Part shown: piece after piece, positions 1 through 7,286 of the stretch
Layout of the letters: the number at the start of each line of letters is the position of its first letter
How positions within the stretch are numbered: position 1 is the stretch's first letter
From: a bacterium HR23
GTDB lineage: Bacteria; Chloroflexota; Dehalococcoidia; Lucifugimonadales; HRBIN23
Length of the DNA: 34,979 nucleotides
NCBI GenBank assembly: GCA_002923335.1
Contig: BEHZ01000001.1
Coordinates: 1-34,979, forward strand
Reading direction: 5' to 3'
Made by a program: the position numbers and the translations under genes
Notes under the pieces: generated by a model
Database searches by the model: none
What the model saw: the letters and a program-made list of their open reading frames with translations, nothing else
Told to the model about the DNA's origin: nothing

Positions 1-16
1 TGGAGGCTGAACACCC

Positions 17-1588
17 ATGAGCCAAGGCGTTACCCTTCTGGGAAAGGTCTCCCCCTCCGTTGCTCACATCCTGACGCCAGAGGCGCTGTCCTTCGTGGCC
101 GATATGGCCCGGGAGTTTGAGGGGGAGCGCCGTGCTCTCATGCAGGCCCGTGCCGTCCGCCAGACGGAGATAGACCAGGGCCGTCTCCCCGACTTCCGCC
201 CCGAGACACGGGGCATCCGGGAACGCCCCTGGCGCGTGGCACCCCCACCCAAAGACCTCCTGAACCGCCGTGTGGAGATCACCGGCCCTACCGACCGCAA
301 GATGTTCATCAACGCCCTCAACTCCGGCGCCAATGTGTATATGACCGATTTTGAGGACGCCCACTCCCCCGCCTGGGAGCCTACCCTGGAGGGGCAACGC
401 AATGTCTACGACGGCGTCCGCCGAACCATCTCCTTCCAGGAGGCCGACGGACGCCTCTACCGTCTCAACCCCGAGACCGCTACCCTTTGCGTGCGCCCCC
501 GGGGGATTCATCTCCTGGAGCGCCACCTGCTGGTGGACGGCCAGCCCATCGCCGGCTTCCTGTTTGACACGGGCCTCTTCCTTTTCCACAACGCCCACGC
601 CCTGCTGGAACGGGGGTCGGGGCCGTATCTGTATATCCCCAAACTCCAGGGGCACCTGGAGGCCCGCTGGGTGAACCAGGTGCTGGACTGGGCGGAGGAG
701 CGCCTGGGCCTCCCCAAAGGATGCGTTCGGGTTACGGTCCTCATTGAGCACATCTTGGCGACCTTTGAGATGGAGGAAATCCTCTACCAACTGCGCTCCC
801 GCATCACCGGGCTGAACCTGGGGCGTTGGGACTACATCTTCAGCGTCATCAAGACCTTCCGCGCCCACCCCTGGGCGCTTTTGCCCGACCGCTCCGCCGT
901 TACCATGACTACCCCCTTCCTCAAGTCGGCCGCCCAGTTCCTGGTGCACATATGCCACAAGAGGGGCGCCCACGCCCTGGGGGGCATGTCCGCCTATATC
1001 CCCCGGCGGGACGACCCCGTGGCCAACGAGCGGGCCCTGGCCCAGGTGCGGGCTGACAAGGAGCGGGAGGCATCCCAGGGGTTTGACGGGGCATGGGTGG
1101 CCCACCCCGGCCTGGTGGCCCTGGTGCGGGAGGTGTTCGACCGTGCCTTCCCCGGCCCCCATCAGGTAGAGCGCATCCCCGAGGTGCGGGTAACCGCCCG
1201 AGACCTGCTGGACCTGCCCAAGGGGGAGGTTACCGAGGCGGGCTTGCGCAACAACATCAGCGTCTCCCTGCAGTATCTGCAGGCGTGGATGCTGGGGCGG
1301 GGGGCTGTGGCCATCTTCAACCTCATGGAAGACACCGCCACCGCCGAGATAGCCCGCTCCCAAATCTGGCAGTGGATACGCTTTGGGGCACGCCTGGCCG
1401 ACGGGCGCACCGTCTCCCCCGCCCTCTACTTCCACCTGCGCACCGAAGAGGCGGAGAAGATCCTCCAGGCCCAGGGCAGTGCCCAGGCGGAAGCCCTGGC
1501 CAAAGCGGTGGACCTCCTGGACTACCTGGTAACCTCCCCCGAGTTCGTGGAGTTCCTCACACTCCCCGGCTATCGCTTCCTGGGATAA
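17..1588 (+). CDS. aceB: Malate synthase A
   Basis: 523-aa ORF with an ATG start preceded by GGAGG. The size and the sequence throughout (e.g. YMTDFEDAHSP, HLLERHLLVDG, YLYIPKLQGHLEARWVNQV, NLGRWDYIFS, GGMSAYIP) match A-type malate synthase. Confidence 0.9.
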   Translation: MSQGVTLLGKVSPSVAHILTPEALSFVADMAREFEGERRALMQARAVRQTEIDQGRLPDFRPETRGIRERPWRVAPPPKDLLNRRVEITGPTDRKMFINALNSGANVYMTDFEDAHSPAWEPTLEGQRNVYDGVRRTISFQEADGRLYRLNPETATLCVRPRGIHLLERHLLVDGQPIAGFLFDTGLFLFHNAHALLERGSGPYLYIPKLQGHLEARWVNQVLDWAEERLGLPKGCVRVTVLIEHILATFEMEEILYQLRSRITGLNLGRWDYIFSVIKTFRAHPWALLPDRSAVTMTTPFLKSAAQFLVHICHKRGAHALGGMSAYIPRRDDPVANERALAQVRADKEREASQGFDGAWVAHPGLVALVREVFDRAFPGPHQVERIPEVRVTARDLLDLPKGEVTEAGLRNNISVSLQYLQAWMLGRGAVAIFNLMEDTATAEIARSQIWQWIRFGARLADGRTVSPALYFHLRTEEAEKILQAQGSAQAEALAKAVDLLDYLVTSPEFVEFLTLPGYRFLG

Positions 1589-1673
1589 GACGCACCGCCC
1601 GGCAAACCCTGGGGTTTGCTGGGGGGAGCGGGAACGGGATATACTGCTCACAGAGCGGTTGCGAGGAGGATGT

Positions 1674-2753
1674 ATGCTACGGGCGCCCCGTTTCTGGCTG
1701 GGGGTGGGGGGGAGCCTGGTGTTCTTGGGCCTCTTCCTGTGGCGGGCCGACCCGCCCCAGATGCTCCACGCCCTTCTCCAGGCCAACTACTGGTATATCT
1801 TCCCCGGGGGCGCCCTCTACTTCCTGGCCCTCTGGTTCCGCACCCTGCGCTGGCGGGTTATCCTCTCCCCCCTGGGACATCCCCCACTGGCACGGCTGTG
1901 GACGGTGATGGCGGTGGGGTATATGGCCAACAACCTGCTCCCCGTGCGCCTGGGGGAACTGGTGCGAGCGTATTTTTTATGGGAGCGGGAGCGGATCAGC
2001 AAGACCTCTGCCCTGGCCACCATCCTGGTGGAGCGGGTGTTTGATGGCCTGGCCCTCCTCCTCCTGGCCCTGCTCATGTGGTCCTTTACGCCCATGTCCA
2101 CCATCCTCCAGTCCCTGGGGCAGGAGACGGGCATCAACTGGCTGGTGCTCACCCTGGGGCTGAGCATCCCTTTCTTCCTGGCGGTGGGGGTGCTGTTGGT
2201 GGTGGCGTGGTTCCCCAAGCCCACGGTGGGGATAATGCTGGGGGTAGCGCGGGTGCTCCCTGTGCGCCTGCGGGCGCCGGCCATTGACCTGGGGGTGCGC
2301 TTCCTCAACGGCCTGGCGGTGCTGAAGAGCCCGGGACGCCTGGGGGCCATCCTCCTCCTCTCGCTCCCGGTATGGCTGGCGGAGGCGGGGATGTTTGCGG
2401 TTATCGGCCTGGGGTTCGGGCTCCACCACGAACTGGGGGGGGCAAGCGCCCTTGGGGCGGCCATGGTGCTCACGGTGGTGGTGGCCAACTTGGGGACCTC
2501 CATCCCCTCCACCGGCGGGGGGGTTGGCCCCTTTGAGTTCTTCTCCTCGGCCACCCTGCAGACCCTGGGGGCATCCGCCAGTTCCGCATCCGCCTTTTCC
2601 ATTGTGGCCCATATGGCCCTGCTGGCCCCGGTAACCCTTCTCGGCCTGGCCTACCTGTGGGGCGACAACATCTCCCTGCTCCGCCTGGCCCGGGAGAGCC
2701 GACGCTCCGAGGTAGCGGTGGGGCACATGCACGGCACCGATGGAGGAGGGTAA
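1674..2753 (+). CDS. Flippase-like / lysylphosphatidylglycerol-synthase TM-region family membrane protein (UPF0104-like)
   Basis: Polytopic membrane protein with the N-terminal pattern LFLWRADPPQMLHALLQANYWYI...FRTLRWRVIL typical of this family. ATG at 1674 lies 4 nt after AGGAGG; the track start at 1659 is a TTG. Confidence 0.7.
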   Translation: MLRAPRFWLGVGGSLVFLGLFLWRADPPQMLHALLQANYWYIFPGGALYFLALWFRTLRWRVILSPLGHPPLARLWTVMAVGYMANNLLPVRLGELVRAYFLWERERISKTSALATILVERVFDGLALLLLALLMWSFTPMSTILQSLGQETGINWLVLTLGLSIPFFLAVGVLLVVAWFPKPTVGIMLGVARVLPVRLRAPAIDLGVRFLNGLAVLKSPGRLGAILLLSLPVWLAEAGMFAVIGLGFGLHHELGGASALGAAMVLTVVVANLGTSIPSTGGGVGPFEFFSSATLQTLGASASSASAFSIVAHMALLAPVTLLGLAYLWGDNISLLRLARESRRSEVAVGHMHGTDGGG

Positions 2754-2755
2754 CG

Positions 2756-4138
2756 GTGCGGGTGGGGATTATCGGCGGGGGGGCGGCGGGGCTAGCATCG
2801 GCCTACGAACTGGTGCGCCACGGCCATGGGGCGGTGGTGTATGAGCGGGCCACCTTCCTGGGGGGGCAGGCCAGCACCTTCACTGTAGGCGGGGCACGCC
2901 TGGAGCGGGGCTACCACCACCTCTTCACCAGCGATGTGGATATGGTGTGGCTCATTCGGGAGGTGGGCCTCGGCCAGCGCCTGGCGTGGCTCCCCTCCAA
3001 GGTGGGCCTCTTTTACGGCGGACGCATTTGGGATTTCACCACCCCCACCCATCTCCTCCGTTTCACCCCCCTTACCCTCCCCCAACGCCTGCGCCTGGGC
3101 CTGGCCACCTTATACCTGCAACGCTACCGCAACTGGCGTGCCCTGGAGTCTTCCACCGCCAGCCAGCGTCTCCCCCGCCTGGTGGGGCAACGCCCCTATG
3201 AAACGGTGTGGGAGCCCCTCCTGCGGGGCAAGTTTGGACGCCACTACCAAGAGGTGGGGATGGCCTGGTTCTGGGGGAAAATCGCCCTCCGCTTCGCCTC
3301 CCGGGGGCGCTGGATGACACGGGAGCGCCTGGGCTACCCCATGGGGAGTTTTGGGGAGGTGTTTGATATTGTGGGGGAGCGCATCCGCAAGCGGGGGGGA
3401 CAGGTGCACCTGGCCACGGCGGTGCGCCGTGTCCTGGTGGAGGAGGGGCGGGCAGTGGGCCTGGAGGTGGAATCCCCCGATGGGGTGCGCCAGGAGGCCT
3501 TTGATGCCGTTATCGCCACGGTGCCCTCCTTCATCTTCCCCCGCCTGGTGCCGGCCCTGCCGCCCTCCTACCTGGAACGCCTCACCGGGGTTACCTACCT
3601 CTCGGCGGTGCTCCTCGTCCTGGTGCTCCGTCGCCCCCTTTCCCCTATCTACTGGCTGAACATCGCCGACCGGAGCATCCCCTTCGTAGCGGTCATTGAG
3701 CACACCAACTACATCCCCCCGGAGCACTATGGGGGGAAGCACATCGTCTACCTCTCCAACTACCTGGACAGGGAGGACCCCCTGGCCCGAATGGGCCACC
3801 ACGCCCTGCTGGAGGTCTACCTGCCCCACCTGCGGCGCATCAACCCCGCCTTTGACCCCTCCTGGATTGAGGAGAGTTACTACCATCGGGAGGACGCTGC
3901 CCAGCCGGTCATCGGGACCGGCTACTCCCGCCGTATCCCGCACCACCGCACCCCCATCAAGGGCCTTTACCTGGCCAACACCACGCAGATTTACCCGGAA
4001 GACCGGGGCACCAACTACAGTGTGCGCCTGGGGAGGAAGGTGGCCCGCATGCTCCTGAAGGACTACGGCCTGCCGGTGGAGGGCTCCCTCCCTCGCCCCG
4101 CCATCCCCGACGGCATCACCTCGGCAGAGACCTGGTAG
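2756..4138 (+). CDS. NAD(P)/FAD-dependent oxidoreductase (amine oxidase / phytoene desaturase-like fold)
   Basis: Rossmann dinucleotide motif VGIIGGGAAGLASAYEL at the N-terminus. GTG at 2756 follows GGAGGAGGG and lies 2 nt after the upstream stop. The track's 33-codon upstream extension overlaps the previous gene. Confidence 0.8.
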   Translation: MRVGIIGGGAAGLASAYELVRHGHGAVVYERATFLGGQASTFTVGGARLERGYHHLFTSDVDMVWLIREVGLGQRLAWLPSKVGLFYGGRIWDFTTPTHLLRFTPLTLPQRLRLGLATLYLQRYRNWRALESSTASQRLPRLVGQRPYETVWEPLLRGKFGRHYQEVGMAWFWGKIALRFASRGRWMTRERLGYPMGSFGEVFDIVGERIRKRGGQVHLATAVRRVLVEEGRAVGLEVESPDGVRQEAFDAVIATVPSFIFPRLVPALPPSYLERLTGVTYLSAVLLVLVLRRPLSPIYWLNIADRSIPFVAVIEHTNYIPPEHYGGKHIVYLSNYLDREDPLARMGHHALLEVYLPHLRRINPAFDPSWIEESYYHREDAAQPVIGTGYSRRIPHHRTPIKGLYLANTTQIYPEDRGTNYSVRLGRKVARMLLKDYGLPVEGSLPRPAIPDGITSAETW

Positions 4139-4149
4139 GGGCGAGGGGC

Positions 4150-4163
4150 CTTCTCCGGAGAAG
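4150..4163. terminator. Perfect 14-nt palindrome CTTCTCCGGAGAAG between convergent genes (possible bidirectional terminator hairpin)
   Basis: Read directly in the 60-nt gap between the oxidoreductase stop (4138) and the dnaN stop (4199). There is no clear U-tract. Confidence 0.3.
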
Positions 4164-4198
4164 CGTTGGGCTGAGAGGGCTATCCCCCTGGGGGCACC

Positions 4199-5335
4199 CT
4201 ACGGCCACTGGACGAACATGGGCATCACGACATGGACATACTCGGGCGACGCCTCCCCCCCGATGGGGCGGAAGACCCCAGGGCTGGAGGGGGTGTTCAC
4301 ACCCATGCTGACTTTCTCCCCGCCGATGACCGAGAGGACATCCTGCAGATATCGGCTGTTGAAGGCGATGCGGGCCGGTTCCCCCTCTATGGACGCCTCC
4401 AGTTCCCCGCTGGCGCTCCCCTCCTCTTCCATCCCCGCCAGCACCGTAACCTTCCCCGGTGTCCCCGGCTCCAGAAGGATGCGCACGATGTTGCTCCCGG
4501 TGCGGGCGAAAGCAGAGCCTGCCTTCACTGTCTGGAGGAGACGCTGGCAGTCCAGAACCGCACGGGTCTGGCTGGACTGGGGGATCAACTGGCGGAAGTT
4601 GGGGAAGGTGCCCTGGAGCAGGTGGCTGTATACCTCTACTCCCTTCAGGCGGAAGAGGATGCCGGAGCCATCCCTGGCGATGTGGAGGGTTACCGGCTCC
4701 TCGCTGTCCTCCAGCAGGTTGGCCACCTCTTTCAGGGTTTTCGCCGGCACCACCACCCCCACAGGCGTCTCCACCGGTTGGGCCAAGGTGCCTGTGTGCA
4801 CCGCAAGACGGAAGCCGTCCGCCGCCGCCATGGTGAAGCGCTCCCCTTCCAGTTCGGTGCGGATGCCCGTCAGGATGGGGCGGGATTCGTCGGTGGCGGC
4901 GGCGAAGGCCACCTGCTCAATAGCCCTCCCCAGGGCCTTCTGGCTCACCAGGGCGGTGGTGCCCTCCTTCACGGTGGGCAGGGGGGGATAGGTTTCCGCC
5001 TCCACTCCCCTCAGCATGGCCTTCAGCCAGGCGCAGGAGACCTGTATCCCCAAGGGGCGCTGGACGCTGGATAGGTCCACCCGCTCGGGGGGGAGTTGGG
5101 CCACGAAGTCCCGCAGGCGCTGGGCGGGAACCGCAATGCCCCCCTCCTCCTCCACCTTCGCCCCCACCCACACGGTAATGGCCAGTTCCAGATTGGTGGC
5201 CGTGAGGCGAAGTCGGCCCTCCTCGGTCCGGAGGAGGATGTTCAGCAGAATGTCCTCGGAGGGACGGCTGGGGACCGCCCGTGCCACCGTGCTCAGGGCC
5301 TTGGCCAGGTTCTCTTGCAGGCAGGAGACCTTCAT
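4199..5335 (-). CDS. dnaN: DNA polymerase III beta subunit (sliding clamp)
   Basis: About 378 aa with a three-domain clamp-like sequence (MKVSCLQENLAKALSTVARAV..., LRLTATNLELAI, FNSRYLQDVL, PMFV). ATG at 5335 is preceded by GGGAG with 7-nt spacing; the ATG at 5350 lacks an SD. Confidence 0.9.
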   Translation of the reverse strand: MKVSCLQENLAKALSTVARAVPSRPSEDILLNILLRTEEGRLRLTATNLELAITVWVGAKVEEEGGIAVPAQRLRDFVAQLPPERVDLSSVQRPLGIQVSCAWLKAMLRGVEAETYPPLPTVKEGTTALVSQKALGRAIEQVAFAAATDESRPILTGIRTELEGERFTMAAADGFRLAVHTGTLAQPVETPVGVVVPAKTLKEVANLLEDSEEPVTLHIARDGSGILFRLKGVEVYSHLLQGTFPNFRQLIPQSSQTRAVLDCQRLLQTVKAGSAFARTGSNIVRILLEPGTPGKVTVLAGMEEEGSASGELEASIEGEPARIAFNSRYLQDVLSVIGGEKVSMGVNTPSSPGVFRPIGGEASPEYVHVVMPMFVQWP

Positions 5336-5431
5336 GCCCACGCTCCCCATTCTTTGGGAATAGTATAAAGGGTATGTTGACGGGAGGAAAGGGGCTCTCC
5401 CGCCGGCGTGGCGCAGGTCGCCCAGAGGGGC

Positions 5432-5959
5432 CTATGCCTGCGGAGGGGGCTCCACCTTGTCCCGACGGGTCAGGTAAGTGTCCCACCAGGGTTCAGTGGC
5501 CTCCCCCTCCTCGGGCGGGGCGTGGAGGATGCGCTGGACCTCCCGGACGGTGAAGTCCACCAACTCGGCGCACCGATAGACCCGCTGGGGGTTAGCGAAA
5601 TCCCGCTCCCAGGGGGCGGTGAGGGTCCCGCAGGTGATGGTGCCGAAGCGCTTCCGGAAGGCCTCCAGGAAGGCACGGGCGCGGGCATAGGCGGAACGGG
5701 GGGCGGTGCCGGTAGGCTCGGTGCTCCCGAAGGCCATCCCCAGGGCCATGGCCGCCGCACTCACACACCCGCACATCCCCTTGCTGAGGGCAACCCCGCC
5801 CCCGAAGGAGGTGGCCGCCCGCACCATCTCCTCCGGGATAGGAAGAACCTTCGCCTCCTTCAGACCAAGGAGGACCGCCTGGGCTCAGTTGTAATACCCC
5901 CGGACAAAGATGTCCACCGGATAGGTGCGCTTGGACGGGTCCCGGTAAGCCTCGGCCAT
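5432..5959 (-). CDS. C_GCAxxG_C_C family redox protein with an in-frame TGA (5885-5887) at the first conserved Cys; candidate selenoprotein (alternatively a nonsense pseudogene)
   Basis: The track ORF 5432..5827 starts at MVRAATSFGGG and lacks the family's first motif. The same frame continues upstream: ATG at 5959 (SD GGGAGG 5 nt upstream) gives MAEAYRDPSKRTYPVDIFVRGYYN-TGA-AQAVLLGLKEAKVLPIPEEMVRAATSFGGG. The remaining family motifs are present (GMCGCVSAAAMALG, ITCGTL, YRCAELV). Confidence 0.65.
5854..5887 (-). promoter_or_regulatory. Candidate bacterial SECIS element: UGA followed by a hairpin CCUCCUU-GGUCUG-AAGGAGG
   Basis: On the minus-strand RNA a perfect 7-bp stem (5867-5873 with 5854-5860) closes a 6-nt loop GGUCUG (5861-5866). 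The stem starts 11 nt after the UGA. Counting the U of UGA as 1, the loop GGU falls at positions 22-24. Confidence 0.55.
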
Positions 5960-6064
5960 TTTCCCCTCCCCATCTGGGACATGCCCTCCCCTGTGCAAGA
6001 GGATGGGCAAAAGCGGGGGGAAAGTCAAGGGCCATGTGGCCCATTGGGGGAGGCGGGTAGTCCC

Positions 6065-7030
6065 CTAAAGAGCCTGGGAGGGGCCAACGGCCTGGGGCGA
6101 GAGGGTGTCCGAGGGGCGCACCGTCACGGGGATACGTTTCAAGGCTTGGTCCCACATCCGGCAGAAGGCACACACCACCCCTGTGGTGGGCTGTCCGCAC
6201 CGCTGGCACTCCCCTACCGTTTGCCGGTCGGCCTGCGCCAGCAAGGGACGCAGGCGTTCCAGGAACCCCGCCACCAGTTGCTGTTTGCTCCCCGGGGAAT
6301 GGAGTTCAATCTGGTTCAGGGCGTCTTTATACAGCAGGGAGCGGGCGCCCTGGGCGTAGGGGCACTCATCGGGGATGTAGTCAATGCGCCGGAGGAGGGC
6401 GTAACTGACCGTCTCCTTCTCGGTCATCAGGAAGAGGGGCTTCACCCGCTTCACCAGACGGGGGTGGTCGGCCTCCAGCACGGGGCTTTGACGGGCCAGG
6501 GCATCCGTCTGCCAGTGGAGAAGGTTCCCCAGGAGAGTGGCCGCTTCGTCGTCCAGGTTATGGCCGGTGGCCACCACGGTGAAGCCGTTCTCCAGAGCAA
6601 CCCGGTTGGTGATGTAGCGCTTGGAAAGCCCACATCCCGAACAGGGCACACGGCGCAGGGCCTTGGCCAGTTGCGGCACCCCCAGTCCATAGGCCTCCTC
6701 CAGATTCACCACGAGGAGGGAGAGGCCGCGGGAGCGGGCGAAGGCCTCCGTTTTGGCCTGGGAGAGGTCCGAATAGGCACCAATGCCCAGGTGGATGTGC
6801 AGGCCGGTGGGGCGATACCCCAGGCGCAGGAGCACCTCCCACAGGGTAAGGCTGTCCTTCCCCCCGGAGACCGCCACCAGGATGCGGTCCTGGGGGGTGA
6901 ACATCCTCCAGCGCTCAATGGTGCGCTGGACCTGGCGCTCAAAGAACTCCAGGTAATGGACGGCGCAGAAGGCGGTGTTGTGCCGGCGCAGGTCCACCGA
7001 CGCCTTCTGCCCGCACTTCTGGCACTTCAC
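6065..7030 (-). CDS. ttuA: tRNA 2-thiolation protein, TtuA-like PP-loop ATPase with N- and C-terminal Cys fingers
   Basis: Contains CQKCG...FCAVHY, the PP-loop VAVSGGKDSL, CSGCGLSKRY, GHNLDDEA, and C-terminal CQRCG...CAFC. GTG at 7030 overlaps the upstream TGA (GTGA), indicating translational coupling. The track extension to 7087 overlaps ttuB. Confidence 0.8.
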   Translation of the reverse strand: MKCQKCGQKASVDLRRHNTAFCAVHYLEFFERQVQRTIERWRMFTPQDRILVAVSGGKDSLTLWEVLLRLGYRPTGLHIHLGIGAYSDLSQAKTEAFARSRGLSLLVVNLEEAYGLGVPQLAKALRRVPCSGCGLSKRYITNRVALENGFTVVATGHNLDDEAATLLGNLLHWQTDALARQSPVLEADHPRLVKRVKPLFLMTEKETVSYALLRRIDYIPDECPYAQGARSLLYKDALNQIELHSPGSKQQLVAGFLERLRPLLAQADRQTVGECQRCGQPTTGVVCAFCRMWDQALKRIPVTVRPSDTLSPQAVGPSQAL

Positions 7031-7230
7031 CCCTGCCCTCCCGAAATGGCCGAGACGACCTCCACCGTGTCCGTCTCCTGGAGCCACTCGTCGCTGGTGA
7101 GGAGGTCGTCGCCCCGGATGACCACGTGGGATTCGGGGTTGAGACCGAGTTCCCGCAGGAGGTCTGCCACACGGCGGCGGCCATGGACTTCCAGTTCCTG
7201 GCGCCGGGGGTTACGGATGATGACCTTCAT
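7027..7230 (-). CDS. ttuB: ThiS/MoaD-fold ubiquitin-like sulfur carrier (TtuB-like), C-terminus ...SAISGGQG
   Basis: 67 aa starting from ATG at 7230 (MKVIIRNPRRQELEV...). It has the small beta-grasp carrier pattern, sits immediately upstream of ttuA and is coupled to it. A Gly-Gly is present but is followed by Q-G before the TGA stop. Confidence 0.7.
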   Translation of the reverse strand: MKVIIRNPRRQELEVHGRRRVADLLRELGLNPESHVVIRGDDLLTSDEWLQETDTVEVVSAISGGQG

Positions 7231-7274
7231 AGTCTCGCACTGCCGGCCCAGGGGCGTGGGCACTGCCCCAGTCC

Positions 7275-7283
7275 ATCATACCA
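7275..7283 (-). promoter_or_regulatory. Candidate extended -10 promoter element TGGTATGAT upstream of ttuB
   Basis: The minus strand reads GTGTGGTATGAT, 4 nt after the MFS stop and about 45 nt upstream of the ttuB ATG. No convincing -35 was found. Confidence 0.3.
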
Positions 7284-7286
7284 CAC

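Noticed and set aside
5336-5431. Sigma-70 promoter for dnaN (TATACT box about 25 nt upstream of the first ATG)
   Set aside because: A -10-like TATACT is present, but there is no acceptable -35 at 16-18 nt and no TG extension. This is too weak to call.
5432-5827. Taking the track ORF at face value as a 131-aa C_GCAxxG_C_C protein
   Set aside because: It would lack the first conserved motif of the family. That motif is encoded in frame immediately upstream, interrupted only by the TGA at 5885-5887, and preceded by an ATG with a good SD.
5885-5887. TGA as evidence of an alternative genetic code (TGA read as Trp or Gly)
   Set aside because: Several well-supported neighbouring genes terminate at TGA at the expected protein ends. 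The codon aligns with a conserved Cys, not with Trp or Gly.
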